Program-made: the position numbers and the translations under genes | Assembly (NCBI GenBank): GCA_050251875.1 | Contig: JBFWMA010000004.1 | Coordinates: 230,071-294,070, forward strand | DNA: 64,000 nt | Direction: 5' to 3' | Source: Deferribacterales bacterium | GTDB taxonomy: Bacteria; Chrysiogenota; Deferribacteres; Deferribacterales; Geovibrionaceae | In this document: positions 34,836 to 45,597 of the stretch, one piece after another | Position numbering within the stretch: the first letter of the stretch is position 1 | Layout: each line of letters starts with the position of its first letter | The notes under the pieces: model-generated | The model's input: the letters and a program-made list of their open reading frames with translations, nothing else | The model's database searches: none | What the model was told of the DNA's origin: nothing

Positions 34836-37395
34836 TTTGCGTCAAAAGCTCCTTTCTGATGCTCTCCAAAACAGATTTATCAGATATCTTCTGCCCGGAT
34901 ATGTCTGTCAGATAAAAAGAATCCACAACTCTGTCTACATCGGTAGATATCTTCGCCTTGGCAACGTTCAGGCTCATTTTTATAAAAACGCCTAGAATGC
35001 TGTACAAGAGCCCCAATCTGTCCTGAGCGTATATGTCTACTACAGTGTACTGCGAAGATACGTCATTGTCGAACTCGATTTTCTCTTTTTTGCTCATGTA
35101 GCGGTTCTGGATCAGAAGAGAGTTCGATGATTTTTCCAGCAGTTTTTCTATATCAGCCTCACCTGTGATGGTGCCTTTGATACGCTCTTTCAGCAGAGTT
35201 TTCTTGGGTTCCGGAATCTTGCTTCCCGCAAATGGGTTATCAACTAAAATTGAATCAACGGTAATGTTGTTATGCAGTGTGTATATCTGCGCCCACTTGA
35301 TGTTGTATCCGAGTGAAGAGAGCGCCCCGCATATCTTTCTGAGCAGACCCACGCTGTCGTATGTGCATACGATAATCTGCATGGTGTCCAGCTCTTCTCT
35401 TGTGTCCAGTTCTATTTCTATTGGGTTTTCATGCGAAATTTTGGATGCCATAGTCAGATAGCTGATAATATGGCTGACTTTGGTGGCGAATACATATTCG
35501 TCATCCAGCATTTTGGACGCCTCGAAAATTTCCGGAGTGAGCTTGCATCTCTCCTCCAGTTTTTCTCTGCGTCTTAAGACCACGGCGTTGTATTCCTGCT
35601 CCATATCTTCGTTGTTCAGCGCCTGAGCCGCCTTTTCGTGGAGCTCTTTCAGCAGGCTGTTTTTCCATTCGTTGAAGGACGCCCCGCCCACGGCGTTCAT
35701 GTCGGCATAGGTCAGCAGAAACAGGATGTCCAGATCCTGCTGGGTGTTCAGATAGCTGACGAAGTGGTTTATAACGTCTATGCTGTGCAGGTCACGGCGC
35801 TGGGCTATGTGGCTCATCAGAAGGTGATATTCCACCATGTTGCAGACAATCTCAGTGTCTTCCAGCCCCATTCCCAGATTTTTACATATCTCTCTGGACA
35901 TCACAGCGCCGGTGGTGCTGTGGTTTTTTCCCTGTCCTTTGCCTATGTCGTGCAGAAGGAGTGAGAGAGCCAGCAGATCCTTGCGCTTAAGCCTGTTAAA
36001 TGCCACCTGATAAGCCTCCAGATGGGGAGGCAGGCTTCCGGTGAATTTGTCCAGAAAGCTCATGGCGAGATATGTATGCTCATCCACTGTGTAGTGGTGA
36101 TAATAGTCGAACTGGGGACGGCAGATAATCTTTTCGAACTCGGGTATCATAGCCTGAAGCACGCCGCATTTAGCCATGTTTGAGACTATTCTGGATGAAT
36201 CCGGAAATGATGAAATCGCCTTTAAAAAGAGCTGTCCGTGTTTCAGCCTGTATTCGGCGTCTATCAGATATGTCTTCTCACGGATGAGGTCGGCTGTGGA
36301 ATCAGCCAGTTTCAGCCCCTTCAGAGCGGCATAGGTGAATACGGATATCAGGCGTCTGGGGTTTTCTTCGAAAAGGTTTTTGCTCTCCACTGTCAGCGTG
36401 TTGGCGTACTGAACGAAACCGTCTGAAAGGCGCAGTGAGAACACTTTCTTGTTAAAGAGTTTTTTCGAGAGCTCCGCCAGTGTTCTGTTGATTACCTTCT
36501 GGGTTATCTCGGAAGTGGTTTTCGCCATGATATAGTAGTCACGCATAAAGAGCTCAACGCTCTGAACGCTGGAAGTGGCGGTGTATCCGAGATTTTTCGC
36601 TATTTCCATCTGGGATTCCAGACTCATAACGTCATATTTCCGGTTGTGATAGTAGTGCAGTTCATTGCGCACACGGAAGAGAAACTCAGCGTTCTCGATC
36701 AGCTTTTCATATTCAGCCGGAGTGAGAATGTTGTGAGTGACTGTTTCGTGCAGGCTCTGTGTCTTATAGAGGATTTTGCATATCCAGTATATGGTGTTGA
36801 TGTCTCTCACCCCGCCGTTGCCCTCTTTTATGTTGGGCTGAAGACGGAAGATGGAGTCACGGAATTTGTTGTTTCTGCTGCGCACGCCGTCAATCTTCAT
36901 CATCAGGAACTCGTGCTTTCCTTTCTCCATCACCTTGTCGCTGATGAGCTTCTGAAAGGCTTCATAGTTCTTTTTCGATCCGAAGAGGAATCTGTTGTCG
37001 ATGAAGGATGTACGGACAACCTCGTCTTCCAGGGCGGCTTTGGTAACCTCTTTGATATCTTTCACCTGGATTCCGGGATTCACGCCTATGTCCCACATGA
37101 GGGTGGTGAACTCGCTGATGAATCTCTCATACTGCTTGTTCATTCTGCCTTTGTGGAGGATGAGGATGTCTATGTCGGAGTAGGGGGCCATCTGTTCTCT
37201 GGCGTATCCGCCCAGAGCCACAACGGCTATTCCGTCTGTCTCCCCCGCCAGCTCGCAGGCCTTGATAACTATCTGGTCTGAGAGCTCTGTCAGTCTCCGG
37301 CTGAGCTGCCATGATGTAGAAAAGGAAAAACGGTTCTTTTTAATAGATTCCCATGTTTCCTGATAATATTGTTTAATCGACTGTGAATTCTGCAT
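34816..37395 (-). CDS. glnD: PII uridylyltransferase/uridylyl-removing enzyme
   Basis: ALGGYAR..PYSDID, NIKEGNGGVRD, HHYTVDEH, HDIGKG, two ACT domains (DRLGLL). Confidence 0.95.
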   Translation of the reverse strand: MQNSQSIKQYYQETWESIKKNRFSFSTSWQLSRRLTELSDQIVIKACELAGETDGIAVVALGGYAREQMAPYSDIDILILHKGRMNKQYERFISEFTTLMWDIGVNPGIQVKDIKEVTKAALEDEVVRTSFIDNRFLFGSKKNYEAFQKLISDKVMEKGKHEFLMMKIDGVRSRNNKFRDSIFRLQPNIKEGNGGVRDINTIYWICKILYKTQSLHETVTHNILTPAEYEKLIENAEFLFRVRNELHYYHNRKYDVMSLESQMEIAKNLGYTATSSVQSVELFMRDYYIMAKTTSEITQKVINRTLAELSKKLFNKKVFSLRLSDGFVQYANTLTVESKNLFEENPRRLISVFTYAALKGLKLADSTADLIREKTYLIDAEYRLKHGQLFLKAISSFPDSSRIVSNMAKCGVLQAMIPEFEKIICRPQFDYYHHYTVDEHTYLAMSFLDKFTGSLPPHLEAYQVAFNRLKRKDLLALSLLLHDIGKGQGKNHSTTGAVMSREICKNLGMGLEDTEIVCNMVEYHLLMSHIAQRRDLHSIDVINHFVSYLNTQQDLDILFLLTYADMNAVGGASFNEWKNSLLKELHEKAAQALNNEDMEQEYNAVVLRRREKLEERCKLTPEIFEASKMLDDEYVFATKVSHIISYLTMASKISHENPIEIELDTREELDTMQIIVCTYDSVGLLRKICGALSSLGYNIKWAQIYTLHNNITVDSILVDNPFAGSKIPEPKKTLLKERIKGTITGEADIEKLLEKSSNSLLIQNRYMSKKEKIEFDNDVSSQYTVVDIYAQDRLGLLYSILGVFIKMSLNVAKAKISTDVDRVVDSFYLTDISGQKISDKSVLESIRKELLTQIESRSL

Positions 37396-37397
37396 GC

Positions 37398-37856
37398 TTA
37401 ATTATATACATAATTTGTAAAATACAAATCTTTTATTTTAATTTCAGGGTAATGTTCGTTAATTTTTTGAGCCATGATCTGTTTCACTCTGTCTCTCTGG
37501 GGCGCTGTGGACAGTTTTTCCGGGGGGAAAGTGGACATGACGGAATTCATGATAGCCACCACCTGAATTTTCTGGTCTTTTATCATCTTGGCGCTCTTCT
37601 TATCCACGGTCTCCACCATTATGTCATAGCGGTAATACTGCTTGCTTCCGCTGCCCGTGCTGGTGATCATGTCTTTCATCTCCACACGGAAGGTGTCTCC
37701 GTCAAACTTGGTGTCCACCGTGTAGTCCAGAAAGGCGTTTTTCTGTGTGACTTTGTTGCCGATGCTGAACGAAAGATTTCCCTGCATGTAGTATATTCCC
37801 CATGCGAGTAAGACCAGAAGGATCACAAATATTAGTATTCTTATTACCATTTTCAT
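37398..37856 (-). CDS. FliL-like single-TM protein
   Basis: N-terminal TM; C-terminal IKDLYFTNYV resembles FliL. Confidence 0.6.
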   Translation of the reverse strand: MKMVIRILIFVILLVLLAWGIYYMQGNLSFSIGNKVTQKNAFLDYTVDTKFDGDTFRVEMKDMITSTGSGSKQYYRYDIMVETVDKKSAKMIKDQKIQVVAIMNSVMSTFPPEKLSTAPQRDRVKQIMAQKINEHYPEIKIKDLYFTNYVYN

Positions 37857-38022
37857 ATTTTAAAGCCCGCAAATTTAATAATTGGATCAATTTTAATAAC
37901 AATATATCACTTCCATTTTGAAATAAAACAGATATATTGCAGAAAATGAAAAAAGCACCCACAAACTATGTCTGAGGGTGCTTTCTATAACTAAAACCTA
38001 CAGGGGAATACTCAAAATATTT

Positions 38023-39285
38023 ATGAACACATATATTTATACCTTTGGATGTAAGGTAAATCAAGTGGAAAGTGAGAAAATTATCAACTGTTCTGCTTCC
38101 AAGGGCTTTAATATTGTCGAAACTCCTGATGATGCTGAACTAATTATTATTAATAGCTGCGCTGTGACAGAGCGTGCTGAAAAGAAGTTCAAAGCCTTGA
38201 TAAAAAAGCTGAAAACAGCCAACAGCGCTGTTACTGTCGCTGTTACCGGATGCGCCGCCGAGAAGGAAAAAGACAGGCTGAAGGAGCTGGGGGCGGACAT
38301 TGTGGTTACCAACTCCGGCAAATCAGATATTCTGGACTATATAGCCGAAGGCACCGACTGGCTGAAAGACATATCCGAGCCCCACGGGTTCATCTCCGCC
38401 GAGAACAGACAGATGAGCACCCGCACCAGAGCGTTTATAAAGATTCAGGACGGATGCGACAGCATGTGCGCATACTGTATCATTCCGGCGCTGAGGGGCA
38501 AACCAATGAGCCGTGACGCCGGGGATATTCTGAATGAGGTCAGAGCTCTGGCGGACGCCGGACACAAAGAGATAGTTCCGGTGGGCATACATGTGGGAAA
38601 ATACGGGCTGGATCTGAAAAACGGAATGAATCTGCCCAGACTGATAAAGATGATGCTGGAGGTGTCCGACACTTTCCGGATCAGGCTCACTTCCATAGAG
38701 CTGAACGAGATAACGGACGAGATGGTGACTCTGCTCACGGAGAACACCGACAGAATATGCCGTCACTATCACATTCCTCTGCAAAGCGGAAGCACAGAGA
38801 TACTCAAGAGGATGAACAGGCACTACACAGCCGAAGAATACATCGAAAAAGCCAACCTGCTGAAAAAGCTGGTTCCGGACTGCACCATCGGCGCGGATAT
38901 CATTGTCGGGTTTCCCGGCGAGACGGAGGAGCACTTTCAGGAGACTCTGAACACTGTGAAAAGAGCCGGCATAGACCATATCCACGTCTTCGCCTATTCA
39001 GACCGCTCCGGCACAGAGGCGAGCGGGATGAAGGACAAGACAGACCCCAAGACCAAAGCCATGCGCGCGAGTGTTCTGAGAGCTCTGGCGGAAGAGAGAA
39101 AGAGGCTCTCCGCTGAACGTATGATTGGAAAAACGCTGAAGATTCTCACCCAGAATGACGGAACAGGACTCACAGATAATTTTTTTAGTGTAAATATTTC
39201 ATTAGGTGTTGAACACAACATGCTTTTAGATGTAAAAGTAACAGATGTCGAAAACGGCAATATGTTAAAAGTGGAGATTATCTAA
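38023..39285 (+). CDS. mtaB: tRNA threonylcarbamoyladenosine methylthiotransferase
   Basis: TFGCKVNQ, NSCAVT, IKIQDGCDSMCAYC radical SAM motif, GFPGET. Confidence 0.9.
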   Translation: MNTYIYTFGCKVNQVESEKIINCSASKGFNIVETPDDAELIIINSCAVTERAEKKFKALIKKLKTANSAVTVAVTGCAAEKEKDRLKELGADIVVTNSGKSDILDYIAEGTDWLKDISEPHGFISAENRQMSTRTRAFIKIQDGCDSMCAYCIIPALRGKPMSRDAGDILNEVRALADAGHKEIVPVGIHVGKYGLDLKNGMNLPRLIKMMLEVSDTFRIRLTSIELNEITDEMVTLLTENTDRICRHYHIPLQSGSTEILKRMNRHYTAEEYIEKANLLKKLVPDCTIGADIIVGFPGETEEHFQETLNTVKRAGIDHIHVFAYSDRSGTEASGMKDKTDPKTKAMRASVLRALAEERKRLSAERMIGKTLKILTQNDGTGLTDNFFSVNISLGVEHNMLLDVKVTDVENGNMLKVEII

Positions 39286-39286
39286 T

Positions 39287-40942
39287 ATGGACAGAAAAAT
39301 AGTTATCATCGGTGGGGTGGCCGCCGGAGCCACGGGAGCCGCTAAGGCCAGAAGAACCAGCGAGGATGTTCAGATAACAATGGCGGAGAAGGGACGCTAC
39401 ATCTCCTTTGCCAACTGCGGTCTGCCTTACTATACCGGCGGGGTGATAGAGAGCAGAAACAGCGTGCTGCTTCATACTAAAAAAACTTTCGGCGACAGGT
39501 TCAAGACAGAGGTTCTGGTGAACACTGAGGCTGTGGAGATAGATCCATCTAAAAAGACAGTAGTCTTCAGAACTCCTGACGGAATGACCGAGCGTCCATA
39601 TGACAAACTTCTGATAGCCACAGGCGCGAAAACTTTTATCCCGGGCATAGAGGGGATAGATTCCGTGCCTTACTTCACCATGAGAACAGTGGAAGACGCT
39701 GACGGCGTGAAGGCATATATAGAAAATAACAAACCCAAGACCGCACTTGTCATCGGCGCCGGATTCATCGGTATTGAGGTTGCGGAGGCGATGCTCCACT
39801 GCGGCATAAAACCCACAGTGGTGGAGGCTCTGCCCGAGGTTATGCCAAACTTCCCCAAAATAGTGGCTATGAACCTGCGTGAGAAAATGGTAGAGGAAGG
39901 ATGCGAGGTAATCGTAAAGACCTTCGTAAAAAAACTGGAAAAAACAGAAAATAATATATCGGTTGAGCTTTCAGACGGCAGAAAACTCACCACAGACCTT
40001 GTGCTGATGTGCACAGGGGTTAAGCCTGACGTATCTCTGGCTGTGTCTGCGGGTGTTGAGCTGGGGCAGAGGGGCGGAATCCTCACTGACGAGCGCATGC
40101 TGACAAACGTTGCAGATATTTACGCCGCGGGCGATGTGGTGGAGAAGACCAACCTCATCACAGGCAAAAAAATGCTCCTGCCGCTGGCTGGTCCCGCAAA
40201 CCGTGAGGGCAGAACAGCCGGAACAAACATGGCGGGCGGAGACATGATATTCAAAGGCGTGATCGGATCATCCGTTCTGGGATTCAGCGGATTCGTGATG
40301 GCTCAGACGGGGCTCACATACGAACAGGCTCTGGCGGAAGGATTTGACGCCGACTATGTATATACAGAGGACGTGAACACGTCTTCATACTATCCAGGTC
40401 ACGGATATATATTCATGATGACCGTATATGACAAGAAGACCGGGAGGCTTCTGGGACTGTCCGCCTGCGGAGCGGACGGCACGGAAAAGAGGGCGGACGA
40501 GGCGGCTGTCGCCATCTATGCCGGACTGTCTGTGTATGATCTGGAACATCTGGAATTCTGTTATGCTCCTCCTTTCGCGTCTGCCAAGGACAACCTGAAC
40601 ATAGCCGGATTCGTTGCCTCAAACAATCTGCGCAATATCGGCTTTACTGTCGCTCCCGAGTTCATTCTGGAAAAGATAAAGAAGAACGAAAAACCTCAGA
40701 TCATCGATGTCCGCTCCGCTCTGGAGTTCAAAGGACCGAAACTGGAAGGCGCTATAAATATTTTTGTAAATGACGTAAGAAATAATACGGATAAAATTGA
40801 CAGAAGCAGACCTGTTTATGTATATTGTGCTGTCGGTTTCCGTGGATATCTCGCTGTGCGCACCCTGCGAAATCTGGGTTACGAAGCGTATAACATCACG
40901 GGCGGCATAGAGGCTTATCACAGAGCCGCCAGAATAGCATAA
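39287..40942 (+). CDS. CoA-disulfide reductase/NADH oxidase-rhodanese fusion
   Basis: GGVAAG, SFANCGLPY, GAGFIG, YAPPF, C-terminal rhodanese CAVGFRG. Confidence 0.9.
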   Translation: MDRKIVIIGGVAAGATGAAKARRTSEDVQITMAEKGRYISFANCGLPYYTGGVIESRNSVLLHTKKTFGDRFKTEVLVNTEAVEIDPSKKTVVFRTPDGMTERPYDKLLIATGAKTFIPGIEGIDSVPYFTMRTVEDADGVKAYIENNKPKTALVIGAGFIGIEVAEAMLHCGIKPTVVEALPEVMPNFPKIVAMNLREKMVEEGCEVIVKTFVKKLEKTENNISVELSDGRKLTTDLVLMCTGVKPDVSLAVSAGVELGQRGGILTDERMLTNVADIYAAGDVVEKTNLITGKKMLLPLAGPANREGRTAGTNMAGGDMIFKGVIGSSVLGFSGFVMAQTGLTYEQALAEGFDADYVYTEDVNTSSYYPGHGYIFMMTVYDKKTGRLLGLSACGADGTEKRADEAAVAIYAGLSVYDLEHLEFCYAPPFASAKDNLNIAGFVASNNLRNIGFTVAPEFILEKIKKNEKPQIIDVRSALEFKGPKLEGAINIFVNDVRNNTDKIDRSRPVYVYCAVGFRGYLAVRTLRNLGYEAYNITGGIEAYHRAARIA

Positions 40943-40969
40943 TTGTTTCATAATTATAGAGGTAGAATA

Positions 40970-41848
40970 ATGCAAGCTGTTCTTAACACTGAGCTCAAAG
41001 GGCTCAAACTGCTCGGAAGGGGCAAAGTCAGAGATATCTATGATCTGGGTGATAAAATGCTCATCGTCACCACAGACAGAATATCCGCTTTCGATGTTAT
41101 CATGCCTAACGGCATCCCCGGAAAAGGAAAAATACTCACAGAGATATCCCTTTTCTGGTTCGAACAGACAAAACACATCATAAAAAACCACCTGATAACA
41201 GCAGACATCAACGAGATGCCCGCTGAGGTTCAGCAGTACAGAGATATTCTGGAAGGCAGAACCATGCTGGTGCATAAATGCAAACCCTATCCCGTGGAGT
41301 GTGTCGCCAGAGGATACATCACAGGATCAGGCTGGAAAGATTATCTGTCCACAGGCGCCATCTGCGGACTGAAACTCCCCGCCAACCTGAAAGAATCAGA
41401 AAAAATGCCCGAAACTCTCTTCACCCCCGCATATAAAGCGGAGATGGGAGAGCATGACGAGAACATCTCCTATGAGCAGGTGGAAGGGCTCGTGAGCGCT
41501 GAAACAGCAAAAAAACTGAAAGAATACACCGTGAAAATATATGAAACAGCCAGAGACATCGCAGATGCCAAAGGCATAATCATTGCCGATACCAAGTTCG
41601 AGTTCGGCGAGCTGAACGGTGAAATGATTCTGATAGACGAGATACTGACACCCGACTCATCCAGATTCTGGTACAAGGCGAAATATGAAGCCGGAAAACC
41701 CCAGCAGGGAATGGACAAACAGTATCTGCGCAACTATCTGGAGACTCTGGACTGGAACAAAACGGCTCCCGGACCTGTTCTGCCTGACGAAATAGTGAAA
41801 GGCACAGCCGATATCTACAGACAGATAACCGACATTCTGAAAGACTGA
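40970..41848 (+). CDS. purC: SAICAR synthetase
   Basis: [32 protein letters not shown]. Confidence 0.97.
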   Translation: MQAVLNTELKGLKLLGRGKVRDIYDLGDKMLIVTTDRISAFDVIMPNGIPGKGKILTEISLFWFEQTKHIIKNHLITADINEMPAEVQQYRDILEGRTMLVHKCKPYPVECVARGYITGSGWKDYLSTGAICGLKLPANLKESEKMPETLFTPAYKAEMGEHDENISYEQVEGLVSAETAKKLKEYTVKIYETARDIADAKGIIIADTKFEFGELNGEMILIDEILTPDSSRFWYKAKYEAGKPQQGMDKQYLRNYLETLDWNKTAPGPVLPDEIVKGTADIYRQITDILKD

Positions 41849-41852
41849 TAAC

Positions 41853-41882
41853 AGAGCCCGCTGACCCCAGCGGGCTTTTTTT
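41853..41882 (+). terminator. Intrinsic terminator after purC
   Basis: AGCCCGCTG/CAGCGGGCT plus T-tract. Confidence 0.8.
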
Positions 41883-41970
41883 ATGTCAAATTGTGTGTTT
41901 TGCTTCTGCCTATAGAAAATTTGTGTTAAAATAATTTGTATGCAGCACATTTTGTTATCAGGAGAATAAG

Positions 41971-43422
41971 ATGTTTCTTATTAGACTTTTAATAGTTATT
42001 TGTTCCACAGCCTTCCTTGTTTCGTGCGGGGGCGGCGGAGGCGGCGGTTCGGAGAAGAGCGCCGATGTTTCTTTCAAGATTGATATGAGCACAATTCTGA
42101 GTGATGCAAGATCGTCAGCGGATGATATGACAACGCTGGAGATAGGCAGCATGACGCTCTCATACGGCTCGCAAGGTCAGATGAGCTCCATGGATGTGAC
42201 AGAAGCTGTCAGAAACGACTCGCCTATTACCATATCAGGACTTTACATCAACCATACATATACATTCAGCATAACTGCCAAATCAGGATCTGTCATAATT
42301 TGCAGCGGTTCCACAGATGTTGTTCTCATGCCGCATACAGAGGTCAATCTGGCGTGCACTACAAACGGCGCGGCATACATACAGTTCACCGATCTGAACG
42401 AGATTGTGGGCGGAGTGGAACTGTCAGACGGCAGAACACTTGCCCTGAGCACTACCGGACAGCTCAGAACTTTTAATAAATTCCTCTCATATACAGAAGA
42501 CGATGACATAAATGTGCCCAACAGCGATGTTTTCGATGCGATGGTGAAGAGCGGAGATGACGACATCTATACGTTCGGACAGATCACCAACAACGGAAAT
42601 GTTCAGATGAATAAATATGACAGCCAGATGAATCTTACGCTTTCACGTTCATATAACTACAACTACGCTGTTGCCTCAGACGCGGTGATGATGTCTTCCG
42701 GAAACATAGCCGTAAGACTCCACGGCGGTGACTATGGAGTGCTTGAGCTCAACCCGGGCGGAGATGTCGTGGGATTTCAGTCAGTGGAGCATATGGCGGG
42801 AGAGCCGGATCAGAAACTGCTTCACTCTGACGTGACATCAAAATTTATTATTCTGGACGGCACCAGCTTTATGGTTGTGGATGATTCGCTGAGCGGTGCT
42901 CAGGCAAGATATATGGTTAGTGACAGCTCTAATGATATCACGATACATGACGGCATAATCAGGGAATCGGACGGCGCTCTCCTCATGGTGGGCAAGGCGG
43001 GAACTGTGGGCTATCTCGCTGTTATTCCTGCGCCTTATAACTCCGGCAGTCTTTATAAGATAAACGAGACTATGGGGGTGACGCTTACAGCATGTAAAAT
43101 GGCTTACAGCGCTGAGAAAACCAAATATCTCATCACCTGTCAGGTCAGCACCAATGACTCCCAGTATATCTATCTGGACAGTTCGCTGGCGCTTCAGTCA
43201 TATGAACAATACTTTTTTGGTCTCGCCAATTTGCCCGGCAGGGTATTTGCCGGATTCGGCGGGCGTTTTATAGAGACAGGAACTGTGCCCTTTGAGAGAT
43301 ATCTTAAAAGGATAGGCACAGACGGCACTATGGGAGCGTACACAGAGGATTATCCGCCTAATGCGAACCCTGAGGTATCTATCTCCGCCCCTGAGGCGGC
43401 GATTGTATCGCAGGTATTCTAA
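41971..43422 (+). CDS. Hypothetical surface lipoprotein
   Basis: Lipobox LVSC followed by a poly-Gly tether; beta-strand-rich sequence. Confidence 0.75.
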   Translation: MFLIRLLIVICSTAFLVSCGGGGGGGSEKSADVSFKIDMSTILSDARSSADDMTTLEIGSMTLSYGSQGQMSSMDVTEAVRNDSPITISGLYINHTYTFSITAKSGSVIICSGSTDVVLMPHTEVNLACTTNGAAYIQFTDLNEIVGGVELSDGRTLALSTTGQLRTFNKFLSYTEDDDINVPNSDVFDAMVKSGDDDIYTFGQITNNGNVQMNKYDSQMNLTLSRSYNYNYAVASDAVMMSSGNIAVRLHGGDYGVLELNPGGDVVGFQSVEHMAGEPDQKLLHSDVTSKFIILDGTSFMVVDDSLSGAQARYMVSDSSNDITIHDGIIRESDGALLMVGKAGTVGYLAVIPAPYNSGSLYKINETMGVTLTACKMAYSAEKTKYLITCQVSTNDSQYIYLDSSLALQSYEQYFFGLANLPGRVFAGFGGRFIETGTVPFERYLKRIGTDGTMGAYTEDYPPNANPEVSISAPEAAIVSQVF

Positions 43423-43458
43423 AACAGTAAAGGCAGACTGTTCAGGTCTGCCTTCTTT

Positions 43459-43776
43459 TTATCTGTAGTCTTCTCTGACCGGATAGAACACATCCAGCAT
43501 TTCGCAGTCCGTTATCGCTCTGCCCTTGTGCACAGCGTGGGACGGTATCACAGCCACATCGCTTCCGGTTAATATTTTTGATTCGCCGTCCACTGTCAGC
43601 TCGAACTGACCGCTGATCAGCTTAGTCATCTGCTCGTGGGGATGAGAGTGCTCCGGCAGGTTAGCCCCCGCCTCAAAACGCCACAGGGACATGGTCATAT
43701 TTTCAGAATGAATAAACCTCGCCCTGGCTCCGGGGAGCATCTCCCTCTCGATATCATCTGTATTAATAAAAGACAT
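43459..43776 (-). CDS. Cupin domain protein
   Basis: HSHPHEQ, PSHAVH, DVFYPVREDY. Confidence 0.9.
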   Translation of the reverse strand: MSFINTDDIEREMLPGARARFIHSENMTMSLWRFEAGANLPEHSHPHEQMTKLISGQFELTVDGESKILTGSDVAVIPSHAVHKGRAITDCEMLDVFYPVREDYR

Positions 43777-43918
43777 AAATCCTCCTCATTAAAAAGCTTT
43801 TTCCATACAAATATCACACAAAAAATTATTATTCAAAGCCAAATATAGTCTATTGGCATGTTTACAAAACAATAAAAGTGAATTAAAATGCATCGCTATA
43901 TTTATTTAGGGGAAAGTT

Positions 43919-45562
43919 ATGAAAAAAAGTGGGTGCAGTAGTTTCCTGGTTATGGTTTTATCCATACTCCTCTTTCAGGGCGTAGTCGCCTTTATTATTT
44001 TCTTTATCAACCACAACAAGATAACGACAGCGGTCGGCATGCCTCCGGAAAGTGCCGTAGCGTATCTGGAGAATTCTTCATCCGGTACACTGGTTCTGTC
44101 CGTATTTCTTCTGGTGATAGGTTTTTTTGCGGCGCTTTTTATGGCTTTATATCTTAATAATACTTTCTCAAAAGGGCTTACGGCTATCTCCGATGTCATG
44201 GGCAGAATAGCGGGGGGCAATCTGGGCTCTAGAGCGGACAAAAAAGAGACCAGAGGTCTCTGTCATCTCGGGGATTCCATCAACTCCACCGTGGACAGTC
44301 TGGAGACGACCATCGCCAGTTTCGGTTTTGCTACCAACAATATCAAGAGCGCGTCACAAAACCTGCTGGATATCTATACCTCTGTCAGAGAGAGAATCAG
44401 CACGGTGAACGACAACGTGGCGAGCGTTTCTTCCGCGGCGGAGGAGCTCAGCTCCACAGGATATAATGTTCTGGAAAAATGCCGTGTGTCCTCCGACAGC
44501 ATAGACAAATGCAATCAGGACGTGCTGAAAGGCATCTCCGTGATAGCGGAGAACAAGAGGAGCATGGAGGAGATCGCCTCCGGCATCAGCTCCATAGTGG
44601 ATGTCGTGCAGGGATTCCAGAAGCAGTCTCAGGAGATCGGGCAGATAGTCATCTCCATCAACGATATCGCCGAACAGACCAATATGCTGGCGCTGAACGC
44701 CGCCATAGAAGCGGCAAGAGCCGGCGAGCACGGAAAAGGTTTCGCCGTGGTGGCGGACGAAGTGCGCAAGCTGGCGGGCAAAACATCCGAATCAACCAAA
44801 AAGATAGAGGATGTTATCAAAGAGCTTCAGAACAGAATCAGAACTGTGCATCAGTCAGTCGAAAACTCAGCGGAGATGGTGGAGAAGGGGATCGAGCTTT
44901 CAGCCACATCCGTGACCGCCATAGAGGGTATAGACGCCAATATCCGTGATATATCCCATCAGATTCAGGGGATTGTCCACTCGAAAGAGGAGGAGGCGCA
45001 GGCTCTGGCGGATGTCACCAGAAGCACCACGCATATCAGCTCAGACACATCGGAGATACTTTCCGTGGTGGACGAGTCGTTCAGCGCCGGAAAGAACCTG
45101 ATAGACCTTTCCGACAGCATGGCTAACCGTCTGAAAAAGTATAAATCTGACAAGATGAACGTTTTCATGCCCTGGACAGCGGAGCTTCAGTTCGGCATAA
45201 AGTCTATAGACGAACAGCACAAGCGTCTGGTAGACCTGATAAACGAGCTCTATAACGCCATCAGGGACGGCAAGCTGAAAACCGCCATAGACAGAATCCT
45301 GAACGAGCTGATATCCTACACCGTATATCACTTCGACTATGAAGAGCAGGTATTCAAAAAACACGGATATTCTGAACACGCAAAACACAGAGAAATTCAT
45401 GAAAGCCTGAAAAAGACTGTGACCGAGGTTAAGAAGAAGATAGACAGCGGTCAGGAGGTTATCGGGTTCAACGTGATCTCGTTTCTGGAAAACTGGGTCA
45501 AGAACCACATTATGCTGGAAGACAGAAAATATGTGGAGTTCTTCAAAAAGAACGGTTATTAA
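43919..45562 (+). CDS. Methyl-accepting chemotaxis protein with C-terminal hemerythrin
   Basis: MCP hairpin; hemerythrin motifs IDEQH, HFDYEE, H...H, HIMLED. Confidence 0.93.
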   Translation: MKKSGCSSFLVMVLSILLFQGVVAFIIFFINHNKITTAVGMPPESAVAYLENSSSGTLVLSVFLLVIGFFAALFMALYLNNTFSKGLTAISDVMGRIAGGNLGSRADKKETRGLCHLGDSINSTVDSLETTIASFGFATNNIKSASQNLLDIYTSVRERISTVNDNVASVSSAAEELSSTGYNVLEKCRVSSDSIDKCNQDVLKGISVIAENKRSMEEIASGISSIVDVVQGFQKQSQEIGQIVISINDIAEQTNMLALNAAIEAARAGEHGKGFAVVADEVRKLAGKTSESTKKIEDVIKELQNRIRTVHQSVENSAEMVEKGIELSATSVTAIEGIDANIRDISHQIQGIVHSKEEEAQALADVTRSTTHISSDTSEILSVVDESFSAGKNLIDLSDSMANRLKKYKSDKMNVFMPWTAELQFGIKSIDEQHKRLVDLINELYNAIRDGKLKTAIDRILNELISYTVYHFDYEEQVFKKHGYSEHAKHREIHESLKKTVTEVKKKIDSGQEVIGFNVISFLENWVKNHIMLEDRKYVEFFKKNGY

Positions 45563-45567
45563 AAACG

Positions 45568-45597
45568 AAAGGCAGGTTAAAAACCTGCCTTTTTTTA
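45568..45597. terminator. Bidirectional terminator
   Basis: AAAGGCAGGTT/AACCTGCCTTTT between convergent genes. Confidence 0.75.
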
